Assembly (NCBI GenBank): GCA_963765765.1 | Contig: CAVXYC010000020.1 | Span: 544,001-608,000 of the forward strand | DNA length: 64,000 bases | From: an uncultured Chloroflexia bacterium | GTDB lineage: Bacteria; Chloroflexota; UBA6077; JACCZL01 | Direction of reading: 5' to 3' | Part shown: piece by piece, positions 21,114-32,500 of the stretch | Layout: every line of letters begins with the position of its first letter | Numbering within the stretch: the stretch's first letter is position 1 | Translations under genes and position numbers: made by a program | The notes under the pieces: generated by a model | The model's input: only the letters and a program-made list of their open reading frames with translations | What the model was told of the DNA's origin: nothing | Database searches by the model: none

Positions 21114-21860
21114 ATGACCGCCGATCCCGAGGAAAGGGTAAACGTAGTTGTCCGCCCTCTGGCAGACAGCCGGGCATCAGCTTCGGACGCCGCTCACTCG
21201 AGGGAGAGCAGCCTCGCGCCCCCCGTTGTCTCAGTCTCCGTCCCCGTCGCGCGCGAGCCACTTCTCAAGCGGCCGCTGGACGTCGCGCTCTCCAGTGGCA
21301 TGTTGCTCGCGTCTGCCATCGTCTGGGTGGCCATCGCAGTAGCCATCAAGCTCGAGGACGGCGGACCGGTGTTCTATCGCCAGGAACGCTGGGGACGCGG
21401 TGGAAAGCGCTTCTGGGTGCTAAAGTTCCGCACCATGATTCCCGACTCCGATCGCAAGTTCGGCGTTCGCCAGGCGACCGAGAGCGACGATCGCGTTACC
21501 CGTGTTGGTCGCTTCCTGCGTGCCTGCGGTCTGGACGAGCTGCCCCAGCTCCTCAACATATTCCGTGGCGATATGAGCTTCGTCGGTCCTCGCGCTCTGG
21601 CCATTACTGAGCGTGACGCCGCCGGCAACCTGCTCCGCTACGAGACACAGCCCGGCTTCCAGACCCGCGTCTCCGTTCGTCCCGGTCTGACCGGGATTGC
21701 CACCATTTACCTGCCTAAGGACGCCTCGGCGGCGCGGAAGTTCAGCACCGACCGGATCTACATTCGCCGTATGTCATTCTGGCTGGACGTCCGTTTGATT
21801 CTGCTCTCCTTCTGGATTAGCTTCCGGGGCAAATGGGAATCCAGGAAGGGGAAAATGTGA
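21114..21860 (+). CDS. initiating polyprenyl-phosphate sugar transferase (Bac_transf)
   Basis: KRPLD, GPVFYRQERWG, KFRTM, LDELPQL, GDMSFVGPR, RPGLTG. Confidence 0.93.
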   Translation: MTADPEERVNVVVRPLADSRASASDAAHSRESSLAPPVVSVSVPVAREPLLKRPLDVALSSGMLLASAIVWVAIAVAIKLEDGGPVFYRQERWGRGGKRFWVLKFRTMIPDSDRKFGVRQATESDDRVTRVGRFLRACGLDELPQLLNIFRGDMSFVGPRALAITERDAAGNLLRYETQPGFQTRVSVRPGLTGIATIYLPKDASAARKFSTDRIYIRRMSFWLDVRLILLSFWISFRGKWESRKGKM

Positions 21861-22987
21861 CCGATGATGTGGTGATAATCGGGGCGTCCAGCGCAGGGCT
21901 GTTCACAGCCTATGAGCTGGCACGCCACGGAGTCCCGGTTCGCGTCTACGATCAGGCAGAGCGACTTGCCCCGCCCGCGCGGACCTTGATCGTCACCAGC
22001 GAGCTGAATCGTGTGCTGGGGTTCGTGCCGGAAGGCAGCGATAACGCACCGAGTCGAGCGGTTCGAATTCCGCTCAAACGGCACGTTGGCGAGACTCGAG
22101 CTGCGCGATCCAGACCTGATTATCGAGCGGGCCGCCCTCATCGGCCTTCTGGCTGAAAAGGCCGCCGGCGCGCGGCGCTGACCTGCGCTTCGGCCAGCGT
22201 TTCGCCGGCTTCGAGGATCGACGGCAACCACGCGATAGCACACCTACAGCGACGGGGAACCGAGCGGACCGAGCGTGTGGGCGCGCGCTTCGTCATCGGG
22301 GCGGACGGCGCCCACAGCGGCGTGGCGGCCGCTCTCGGCCAGCCGGACCAGGCCACTGTGACCGTTCTCCAGGCGCGGGTCGCGCTCCCTTCGGGCGCCG
22401 ATCCGGCGCTCTCCCAGGTCTGGTTCAGCCCTCGCGAGACCCCGTACTTCTACTGGCTGGTACCCGAGTCGGACGGTTCCGCCGCCATTGGCGTAGTCAG
22501 CCCAGGCCCCCGCGACGCGCGGCCCAGACTGGATTGCTTCCTGGAGAAACACGGCTATCAGCCACTCGAGTACCAGGCCGCCCTGATCCCCGGTACCGAC
22601 CCGGTCCCACGCCCATGATCTCGCTAGGCCGCACCCGCGTCATGATGGTCGGGGACGCGGCCGGGCACGTCAAGGTCACCACCGTCGGCGGGACGGTGAG
22701 CGGCCTGAGCGGGGCCCGAGCGGCAGCGCGGGCCATCCTGCGCGAGTCTGGCTACCACCGCGAGCTGCGGCCGCTCACCTTCGAGCTGACCCTTCACTGG
22801 CTGATCCGCCGCCTGTGGAACCGGTTTAGCGAGGAGGACTACTAACGCTGCTACGTTCGATGAACGAGCGTATCAGCGCCATTCTCCGGTCCCGAAACCG
22901 CGACCAGTGGAGCGGCGCCATCTGGCCTATCCTGGTAGCCCGCCCCCACCTGGTGGCGCTAGCCGCAAGAACGGCCATGAAAGCTAG
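21857..22987 (+). CDS. geranylgeranyl-reductase-like FAD oxidoreductase, frameshifted
   Basis: VVIIGASSAGL, VIGADGAHS, FYWLVP, VGDAAGHVK..TVGG. Confidence 0.8.
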
Positions 22988-23057
22988 ATGATGAAGCTGT
23001 CGCCGAGCGTTTCAGTAACTGAAACGAGCACTGGCGTTCGAGCAGGATGTCTCACAG

Positions 23058-23948
23058 GTGAGCGTCCGCGCACTCCGACGCCTTTATCTTCCCCTGGGCA
23101 GACTACCGCGCCGCCGGGGCCGTGCCGGATGCGCCGCCCAGCACGATCATTCGCCCGTCCAGCGGCGTCCCCAGTCTGGATCTCCGCGCCCTCTGGGAAT
23201 ACCGCGAGCTGCTCTACTTCCTCGACCTGGCGCGACATCAAGGTTCGCTACAAGCAGACCGCCCTCGGCGCCGCCTGGGCTATTATCCAGCCGCTCTTCA
23301 CGATGGTCGTGTTCAGTCTGTTCTTCGGCCATCTCGCAAAGATCCTTCAGATGGCGTGCCCTACCCGCTCTTCAGCTACACCGCCCTGCTGCCCTGGACG
23401 TACTTCGCCTTCGCACTGGGTGGCGCGTCCAACAGTCTCGTTGGCAGTGCCAATCTGATCAGTAAGGTCTACTTCCCGCGACTGGTTGTCCCTATCTCGA
23501 GCGTCCTGGCCGGGCTGCTGGATTTCGCCATCGCCTTTGCCGTGCTGATCCTGCTGATGCTCTGGTACGGCGCCTTCCCAACTCCGGCCATCGTGTTGCT
23601 GCCGCTCTTCCTCCTCTTATCGCTGGTCACCGCGCTCGGGGTTGGTCTGTGGCTCTCGGCGCTGAACGTGCACTACCGTGACGTGCGCTATGTCATCCCG
23701 TTTCTCACCCAGGCGTGGCTCTTTGCCACACCGGTTGCCTACCCCAGCAGCCTGCTCGAAGAACCCTGGCGTACGCTCTACGGTCTGAACCCATGGTGGG
23801 CGTGGTGGAGGGCTTCCGCTGGGCGCTACTGGGAACGAATCCGCCCGGCCCGATGCTTGCCGTTTCCGCCCTCGCTTCGGTCGCGCTGCTCATCACTGGC
23901 GCCTTGTACTTCCGCCGCATGGAGCGCACCTTCGCGGACGTGGTATAG
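23058..23948 (+). CDS. wzm: ABC-2 polysaccharide exporter permease, frameshifted
   Basis: LWEYRELLYF, RDIKVRYKQTALGAAW, LISKVYFPRL, YRDVRY, ERTFADVV. Confidence 0.92.
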
Positions 23949-24049
23949 GCTATGAGCTCCGCACACTGTCTTGACCCAGGCTCCACGGCAGGGAAGACTG
24001 ACTGCCCGGAACAACGGCGCCACCGACCGCACGGCAGCCCCAGAGTCCG

Positions 24050-25138
24050 TTGGCCGCACAACGAGAGGCTCCGGGCACGATCCGCTCATGCAGACGAATG
24101 CGTCCATCTGAGTGGGCCTCAGGGGTAATTCTCAGCGTCGCGATGGCAGTATTTCTGTGCTTTGTCTCCAATAATCTGGGGTCTCGCTTCGTTCACCGCG
24201 CTGAGACCATCGATCAGCAGTTGGCGATCCTCGAGGGGAATGAGTACTACTTCGACGGCGCACCCACATATTTCTCAGTCTTCCAGAACCGCGTCTTGTT
24301 TCCGGGCACTCTTAAAAAGTGCGAGCGCTTTCCCGCTTCTGTCCGTTTCGCAGTGGTACCTGTTTCTCCGCTTCCTGACGGCTTTCGCTGCCATGATGGT
24401 ATTTTGGATGTTCCTATCCCGCATGATCGGGGCAACGAGAAAACTTGCTGGCGGTGGGTTGCTGCTTCTGGCGTATTCGCTGGTCTTTACATTCAACCAT
24501 GGCTGGGAGCACCCGACCGATTTTCCTGACGTCGCACTTACGACAGGCATTCTGTGGGCTTCAATGGCAGGATCCAGAGTAATCATGATCGCACTCGCGT
24601 TTTTGATGTGTTTTAATCGAGAATCGTCTGTCTTTTCAGGGATGATCTGGTTCTTTATTAATGGATTTCATGCAAACGGTCGTATCAGGCTTTCAGAACT
24701 GGTATTTTCCGTTTTCACTTGCCTTGCTATGTACGGGATAGTGATGCTAATCAGATACGTCTATGGTGGCCCCAGGGTGTTCGAAGATTCGAATTTCTAC
24801 TGGTTGGCGACTGGTCCAATGCGAATCGGGGATGCGATTCTATCTGCCATGAGAAATCTCAATCCTTCCTCATGGCCCTTGCTCCTCGTGGCAATGCTAG
24901 CGCCCTGTCTGGCCTGGATCTGCTCAAATTGGTCGGCACTGGATCAAGTTACGATTCGTATCCTCATAGCCGCGGCTGCCACGTTCGTCATTTCAGTCTC
25001 GTTTGGCCAGATCAGCGAGCTACGTGATGTGACCACATCGATAGTGCTACTCGTCTCGGCAGCCGTGATCCTCGAGCGGAAGTCCATGGAACACCGGGGC
25101 GGCGAGCTGGGACGAACTACGCGAGCTCGCCGCAATGA
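24050..25138 (+). CDS. hypothetical polytopic membrane protein (GT-C-like), lower GC, frameshifted
   Basis: About 10 hydrophobic segments; [20 protein letters not shown]; lies between wzm and wzt. Confidence 0.6.
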
Positions 25139-26493
25139 GCGATGTCGCCATACACGTCGAGGGCCTCGGCAAGCGCTACCGAATTGGCCAGCGCAAACCA
25201 CACAGAGACCTGCGCGAAACGCTGGCTCACGCTTTCCACGCTCCGTACCGCGCGCTAACGGATTCCCTTTCCCGTCGGGAGCGGGATTCGGTGAGCGGCG
25301 AAGACGGGCCGGTCGAATGGCCCAGCACCATCTGGGCGCTGAAGGATGTCATCTTCGAGGTCAAGCGCGGCGAGGTCGTCGGCATCATCGGCCGCAACGG
25401 CGCCGGCAAGAGCACACTACTCAAGATCCTCTCGCCGCATCACCGAGCCGACCGAGGGCCAGGTCGACGATCCGCGGCCGGGTCGGCAGCCTGCTCGAGG
25501 TCGGCACCGGCTTCCACCCCGAGCTGACCGGCCGCGAGAACATCTACCTCAACGGCGCCATCCTCGGCATGAAGCAGCGGCGAGATCGACCGCAAGTTCG
25601 ACGAGATCGTCGCCTTCGCCGAGGTCGAGAAGTTCCTCGACACGCCGGTCAAGCGCTACTCCAGCGGCATGTACGTGCGCCTGGCCTTCGCCGTCGCGGC
25701 GCACCTGGAACCCGAAATCCTGATCGTCGACGAGGTGCTGGCGGTCGGCGATGCCGCATTCCAGAAACGTGTCTCAACAAGATGCAGAGTCTTGGTCGTG
25801 AAGGCCGAACCGTGATTTTCGTCTCTCATGATCTATCCGCGGTCACTCGTCTCTGCCAGCGGTGCGTCCTGCTAGACGAAGGCTTGGTTCAGCAGGAAGG
25901 CAGTGCTAGGGACGTGGTAGCGCGATATCAGTGGTCCGGAGATTCTCTGCCAGGCAGCTTCTGGGAGCCCGCGCAGAAATCGCCAAAGCGCGTCGTTCAG
26001 CTACTTGGCGCCCGAGTCGTGCAGCGCAGTGGAGAGACTATCACGGAGCTGGATATTCGACAGGACGTTGGAATCGAAATAACGTACGACGTCGCCACAC
26101 CGACTCTCATTGCGCCTAATGTGCATCTGTACACAAACGACGGCACATGCGCATTCGTCTCGATCGATAATTCTGAACAATTCCGCCACTCGCCCCGGCC
26201 TATCGGATCTCAGATTAGTACTGATCCCCGGAAACTATCTCGCCGAAGGCCTTTACCTCGTCACTATTGCTCTGACCACCCTTGTTCCATTTAGAGTTCA
26301 TGTCGAGGAACGGGACGTGCTCGCCCTAAATGTGATTGACACCATACACGGGGACTCAGCTCGTGTCGATTATGCCGGATATCTTCCCGGCGTCGTCCGC
26401 CCGCTCCTGCGCTGGGACCACAGATTGAACCCAAATTCACCGCCTCCAGCCCTTCCCGGCCCTCAAATCACTGTAACGACTGGTAAGCCATGA
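25135..26493 (+). CDS. wzt: polysaccharide ABC exporter ATPase with C-terminal carbohydrate-binding domain, frameshifted
   Basis: [56 protein letters not shown]. Confidence 0.93.
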
Positions 26494-27231
26494 CCTACGT
26501 CGAACGACTCACACCAAATGGCATAGGTTGGGCTGAACACGGTGCCTTTCACATGCAGCGTTATCGCTATGCTGCGCCGAATGGTGTTTGGCCGAAGCGT
26601 AGCCGATATCGGCTGTGGAACTGGTTTCGGTGCGAAGCTTCTTGCAGACGCAGGAACAAACGAAGTGACCGGGTTCTACTTCTCGAAAGAAGCTCTCGAA
26701 TTCGCTCGCGCCCAGTATAGCCACCCCAAGTCCGGGACGTTCAGTGGGACTGCCAAGAGCTGCATCCGCTGCACGGTCCATTCGACGTGATCACTGCCTT
26801 TGAAATTATCGAACATCTCGCAGATCCTGCCGCGATGCTCGCAAATATCCCACATTGACTCATCAAGGCATTTTCCTCTGCAGCACACCGAATCGGCTCA
26901 CTAGTTTAGAAACATCCACCGCCCAACCAGCCAATCCGTTCCACGTTCGTGAGTATGATTACAACGAATTCTCCAGCGAACTCCTTCAGTATTTCAGAAG
27001 AGTCCAAATCCTAGGTCAGGACTTTCCGCCACCTATAAGTCGATCCATGATAACCTGCACACGATTTATAGTAATCCGTTCATTCGCCTTGGCATCACGC
27101 TCCAACGACTTCGAGGTCACTCTAACCTCAGCTACTTGACGAGAGACCACCGTTCTGTGACCGAAGCCGATTGCTGTATCAGCATATGTAATCTTACATC
27201 ATGCAACTTTCTATTTGCCATATGTCAGTAG
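26490..27231 (+). CDS. class I SAM methyltransferase, frameshifted
   Basis: HMQRY, VADIGCGTGFG, FEIIEHL, STPN...NPFHVREY. Confidence 0.82.
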
Positions 27232-27244
27232 GTAACTACTAGCG

Positions 27245-28240
27245 TTGACTCACATATCAATCCTTACGACCTCCCACAACGGTGCAGAGTTCATAATTAT
27301 GTCTGTGGCTAGCATACTCCAGCAGGACTTCACAGATTGGGAGTACTTAATTCGTGATGACGGTTCGACCGACGATACACCATCATTATTGTCCTCAATT
27401 GATGACAGCAGGGTCAGAATCATTTCAGACGATCTTGGACATATAGGAATAGGGAGTTCCATTAATGTCTTACTTAGTCATTCGAAAGGATTATATGTCG
27501 CAATTCAGGAGCAAGATGATATTTCCTACCCGAATAGACTCAGAACGCAGTGTGATATCCTGAGTTCATTTCCAGATGCCGGGATTACATGCGGTCAAGG
27601 TGTCCGTATAAATCGCTTGGGTGCGTATTCACACAATATTCCTATAGAATTAGTTGATATAACAATCAAGTACCGAATGCTTTTTGACAACCCTCTATTC
27701 CATGCGTCCGTGATGTACAGAAAATCTTTACTAGATGAAGCGGGTGGATACACAGTCGATCCGAGATTCTCGTATTGCGAAGATTACGAATTGTTTTCTC
27801 GGCTGCTCCCTTTGACGATGACTCACAACAGCACGAAATGCCTCGTAGCCTGGCGTCGTCATTCTGCCAGCGCATCGGAAGCGCGGACTAAAGATCAGGA
27901 ATCAAGCAAGGCGAGGATAAGAGATAGAATCGTTGGTTCTGTTTTTAAGGACTCCTATCAGCGGCAATGTTTTGACGCATATCTCGCCTTATTTGAGTCA
28001 CCAAAGGGCGAGCATGGTCCGATAAGCTCGGGCATGCTCAGTTATGGAGTTGCCGGGCTCATATTTCTGATTGATGGGCTAGCTGATGCTTTTCGTGTCA
28101 ACGTGGCAGAGTTACGGGAATTTAGGAATCGGTTGCTAGTTAAGTGCGGCAAGCACGTCATTCGATTAGTGGTTGACCCGAAGTCGCCTTTGACCATCGA
28201 AACGCGGCGCGGGGGGCCGGTGAAGCCTTCCGTCTCGTGA
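27245..28240 (+). CDS. GT2 glycosyltransferase (low GC)
   Basis: SILQQDFTDWE, DDGSTDDT, QDDISYPNRL, EDYEL. Confidence 0.88.
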   Translation: MTHISILTTSHNGAEFIIMSVASILQQDFTDWEYLIRDDGSTDDTPSLLSSIDDSRVRIISDDLGHIGIGSSINVLLSHSKGLYVAIQEQDDISYPNRLRTQCDILSSFPDAGITCGQGVRINRLGAYSHNIPIELVDITIKYRMLFDNPLFHASVMYRKSLLDEAGGYTVDPRFSYCEDYELFSRLLPLTMTHNSTKCLVAWRRHSASASEARTKDQESSKARIRDRIVGSVFKDSYQRQCFDAYLALFESPKGEHGPISSGMLSYGVAGLIFLIDGLADAFRVNVAELREFRNRLLVKCGKHVIRLVVDPKSPLTIETRRGGPVKPSVS

Positions 28241-28454
28241 AATGGGGAACTGAGGGGAGAGGATCCTGCCGAAGGCTAGAGTTGAGTTCGAGCGATGGAT
28301 AGAGTGTCATCACTGGCGGCTTCACCTGCTTGGGGTGAGTAACACGTAGACTAGAAGCTGCTCGGCAGCACGGCAGATGAAGCTTTTGCATCAATCCGCA
28401 GGCTCGACTTAAACCGGTGTCCTAAGTGCCGAACGAACTGGTCATTGCACTCTT

Positions 28455-29682
28455 ATGAAAATTGGCTTCGTATCGAGTATGGAATGGGTGCCCTGGGGCG
28501 GAAGCGAAGAGCTGTGGGCGGAAACCGCGCGGGAGGCTCGTAGGTCGGGAATTGAAGTGACGGCTTCTCTCCTGGAGTGGCCGGTGGAAGCCGGACAAGC
28601 TGTTCAACTTACGTGAACTGGGCACGCGGTTTCTATGGCGTCAGCGGAATTACCGGGGACGGTTGCGGCGAACAACGCGGCTATTGGTCAGAATGCTCCG
28701 AAAAGCTGGGCTTCCGTCGCAACTTCTCGAGTACACCTGCGAGAGTCTGACGTCGCCATACCGCGCGGATTCAGCACGCACATTATGATGTCCTTTGCGT
28801 CAGTCTCGGATCAACCTACGACGCAGTGACCTCAACAGATCTGAGGCGTCTACTTCTCACTGTGAAGATTCCCTACGTTCTCATATGCCAGCTTTCGTTC
28901 GACAGCACCGTCCTATCCGATGAACTTCGCGAAGATGCCAGGAAAATCTTCGGCGCTGCATTCCCGGGTGTGTCTTCGTGGCGGCCAATAACCTCGACGC
29001 AACCCAGCGTCAGCTCGGAATAACGTTGCCGAATGCCACGGTACTCCAGAACCCGGTGAACCTCGATGATGTCAGCGCGGTGCCGTGGCCGCAGTCACCT
29101 GTGTGCCACCTGGTATCTGTGGCACGCCTCGATAGTTACCAGAAAGGGCAAGATATCTTACTGGAGGCGCTCAGCGCGCCCGCATGGCGCGAACGTGGGT
29201 GGCGACTTCGCCTTTACGGGGAGGGTCGGGATCGTGCGCATCTTGAAGCACTGACGAGGCAATACGGGCTCGGCGGCAGGGTCGAATTCATGGGTTTCGT
29301 CGAGGACGTTCGGGGAATCTGGGAGCAAGAACACCTGCTCGTGCTTCCGTCGCGCGCCGAGGGGACGCCTCTCGCTCTGATCGAGGCGATGGTGTGCGGG
29401 CGGCCTGTGGTGGCTACTGACGTGGGAGGAAACGCCGAGTGGGTCGAAGACGGCCGCACCGGTTTCATCGCTGCCGCGCCGACCGCGCGCTCTCTGAATC
29501 ATGCGTTGGAGCGCGCGTGGGCCGCGCGCGCGCAGTGGGAGAACATAGGGAAGGCAGCCCGTGCATCTGCCCTGGCCAAAATCGATCCCACACCTGGTAA
29601 GACCCTACTGAAGCTGTTGCAGTCTGCATTGGCGAGCCGGTCTGGTCAGGCGCTTCTAGCCGGGCCAGTAGCTCATTCATAG
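28455..29682 (+). CDS. GT4 glycosyltransferase, frameshifted
   Basis: MKIGFVSSMEWVPWGGSEELW; VARL...KGQD; LPSRAEGTPLALIEAM. Confidence 0.88.
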
Positions 29683-29691
29683 AAACATGAT

Positions 29692-30801
29692 TTGCGAATG
29701 AGCGTTACCGTAGCCATCTGTACCCATAACGGTGGGAGGCGCCTTCCAGACACTCTGGCGCACCTCGCGCGCCAGGTTGTCCCTGAAGGTGTGCCGTGGG
29801 AGGTACTCATTGTCGACAATGCCTCCACTGACGACACTCAAGAAGTGGCGCGGCGGAGTTGGCCGTTTCCGCCGCCAGCTCCAATGACGGTGGTGTCCGA
29901 GCCTGAAATCGGCTTGAGCAACGCCCGGCGTCGCGCCTTTGACTCCGCTCGATACGATCTAGTCAGCTTCGTGGACGACGACAACTGGGTCGAGGCAAAC
30001 TGGGCCAATCTCGTAGTGGACGTGATGGCCGAACATCCTGACGTGGCGGCGTGCGGTGGCCAGGGCGAGCCCCTTTCCGACGGCGACCTGCCGAGCTGGT
30101 TTTCTCGCCACGCGGTCTGCTACGCGGTCGGACCTCAGGCGGAGAAGTGCGGGGACATCACCGATAGCCGCGGTCATCTTTACGGTGCAGGACTGACAGT
30201 TCGGAAATCCGCTTGGCAGCAGCTTGTAGCTTGGGGATTCACATTCAAGCTGGATGATCGTCGCGGTCGTCAACCAAGTTGTGGCGGAGACACGGAGCTC
30301 TGCTTAGCGCTGCGGCTGGCGGGATGGCGACTCTGGTACGAACCACGGCTGCGGTTCCGCCATTACCTACCTCAACAGCGCTTAACTTGGGAGTACCTGC
30401 GATCCTTGCACCGCGGATTTGGCGCCGCTTCTGTCAGCATCGACGCTTACACTCGACTAATGGATGGCTCCTATCGTAGGAGATCGCCAATGAGATCCTC
30501 CTGGCAATGGCAAGCATTGTTGTCGCTTCATATGCTGATCTATTACAGGAGCGCCTGGGCGGGGATCTTCGGCAAGGCTTTGGAGGGCAATGACGAGATT
30601 CTGCGAATCGAGGCGGTCCTTGGGCGCACCCGCGAGCTGTTGCGTCAGCGTGAGACCTATAACGAGAGTCTTGCACTCACACGCAACGTGGCATGGGTGC
30701 TTCACCCACACCAGCATCAGGTGACGAGCTCCGAAGGCGCCACAACTCGCGAGAACAAAGGAGTCGCCAGCGAGTCACGGCTCAAGGAGACAGCCAGGTG
30801 A
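29692..30801 (+). CDS. GT2 glycosyltransferase
   Basis: VAICTHN, VDNASTD, GLSNARR, FVDDD, GGDTELC. Confidence 0.92.
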   Translation: MRMSVTVAICTHNGGRRLPDTLAHLARQVVPEGVPWEVLIVDNASTDDTQEVARRSWPFPPPAPMTVVSEPEIGLSNARRRAFDSARYDLVSFVDDDNWVEANWANLVVDVMAEHPDVAACGGQGEPLSDGDLPSWFSRHAVCYAVGPQAEKCGDITDSRGHLYGAGLTVRKSAWQQLVAWGFTFKLDDRRGRQPSCGGDTELCLALRLAGWRLWYEPRLRFRHYLPQQRLTWEYLRSLHRGFGAASVSIDAYTRLMDGSYRRRSPMRSSWQWQALLSLHMLIYYRSAWAGIFGKALEGNDEILRIEAVLGRTRELLRQRETYNESLALTRNVAWVLHPHQHQVTSSEGATTRENKGVASESRLKETAR

Positions 30802-30865
30802 GTATTCCCATGGGATTTGGCGTACTCCGGGAGTACATTCGACTTTCAGTATTCGGATGTGAAGA

Positions 30866-31817
30866 ATGCCGCCAAGAGTCGCCGTCCTGATCACGTACCA
30901 CGACGAGCGCGAGCTCCTCGGTGAGTGCCTCCGGTCGCTCATCATGGGCGAGGATCGACCCGACGAGGTCCTGGTGCACGATGACGCATCGGCGGAGCCG
31001 GCTGTCGCCTATGTCCCAGCCAACATTCCGGTCAGCATCATTCGCTCTGAGACGAATCTCGGCCCGGCCCGCGCTCGTAACGCCTTGCTGCGGGCGAGCA
31101 GTGCTGACTACGTCCATTTCCACGATGCGGATGATCTGTTTCATAACGACTGGTCTTGCCGCGTGCGTCAGGCGAATTGGAACGGGCGATCTGGACGCTG
31201 TCTTTACCGAGATATCTGCCTTTGACGAAACGGGGCATTCTCGGGAGCGCGTCCTGGGTCTGGACCGGTTGACGGATGGCCTCGATCTGGTGCAATTCTG
31301 CATTGAGGGCGCGATGCTTGTCCCGGCGGGAACGTATCGTCGAAGCGTGGTGCTGGCGATCGGCGGCTACCGCGAGGAGCTCTGGCAGTCGGAGGACTTC
31401 GACTTCCACGTGCGCCTGGCTGCCTCCGGCATCCGATACGAAGTCATTACCGATCCCCTCGCAATGTATCAGAATTCGGCCCACCGGGCGCAGCCAGAAT
31501 CGTGAAGAAGTCTGGTCATCGGGGGTTCAAGCAATCCGTCTGCTTTCCGAGGAGCTGCCCCGCCAGTATCGCCCAGCGCTTGCGGACGCCGCGGCCCGTG
31601 CGGGATCCGTTCTGTTCCAGCTCGGCGCACGCAACGAGGCCCGCGCCGCATTCGAGCTGGCGATGCGCCTCGGCCCTCTCTCCTTCAGTCACCGGCGACG
31701 GTTGTATCGAGCCCTGGCGACAGCCTTCGGACCCAAGCCGCGGAGTCCCTCGGCATGTGCTACCGGGGTGTGCTCCCCGAGCCGCTCGTCGTCTGGTCGC
31801 CAGTTGTGGGTCTGTGA
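30866..31817 (+). CDS. GT2 glycosyltransferase, frameshifted
   Basis: HDDAS, GPARARN, FHDADD, EDFDFHVRLA. Confidence 0.85.
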
Positions 31818-31827
31818 GACGCGAGCG

Positions 31828-32500
31828 GTGAAAGGTTCGAGACGCGCGGCTGATAGGCTAATCATCTGGGGCGCATCGGGCCACGCGCTCGTCGTCACGG
31901 ACATCATTCGTCTCGTGGGGCAACACGAGATCGTCGGGTTTCTCGATGACCTCTATGCCGGCCCAGGCTTGACCAGGCGAGTTTCGCCAGTACTCGGTGG
32001 GCGAGAGTGCCTGGATGAGCTCCGAGGCGCGGGAGTAAGTCAAGCGATTATCGCGGTCGGCGACTGCGCCACACGTCTGAGCCTGGCGGAGCTAGCCTGC
32101 GCGAAGGGGTTCAGTCTCATCAGGGCAATCCACCCGCGCGCGATCATCGCGACTGAAGCCAGCGTGGGTCCGGGCACGGTGGTCTGCGCTGGCGTGGTAG
32201 TCAATCCCTGGGTAAGCATTGGGGCTAACGCTATCGTCAATACGTCTGCCAGTGTTGACCATGAGTGCTTGCTGGAGGACGGTGTGCATATTGGCCCGGG
32301 CGCTCGACCTTGGCGGTCGCGTAGTTGTGGAGCGCGGGGCCTGGGTGGGTATCGGCGCCACCCTGAAGGATGGAGTGCGGATCGGGACGGGTTCGATTGT
32401 CGGAGCGGGAGCGGTCGTACTCAACGACGTCCCAGCGGGCGTGGTTGCCTACGGCGCACCCGCGCGCGTCAAAAGGCAGCTATCCCCAGATGGCGGCTGA
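31828..32500 (+). CDS. NeuD/PglD/VioB-family sugar acetyltransferase, frameshifted
   Basis: IIWGASGHA, GFLDD, IHPRA, hexapeptide repeats, VDHEC, YGAPAR. Confidence 0.9.

Noticed and set aside
24162-26294. 710-aa membrane protein-Wzt fusion
   Set aside because: It mixes in-frame and out-of-frame stretches of wzt, so it is an artefact of frameshifts. Wzt has its own ATG at 25135.
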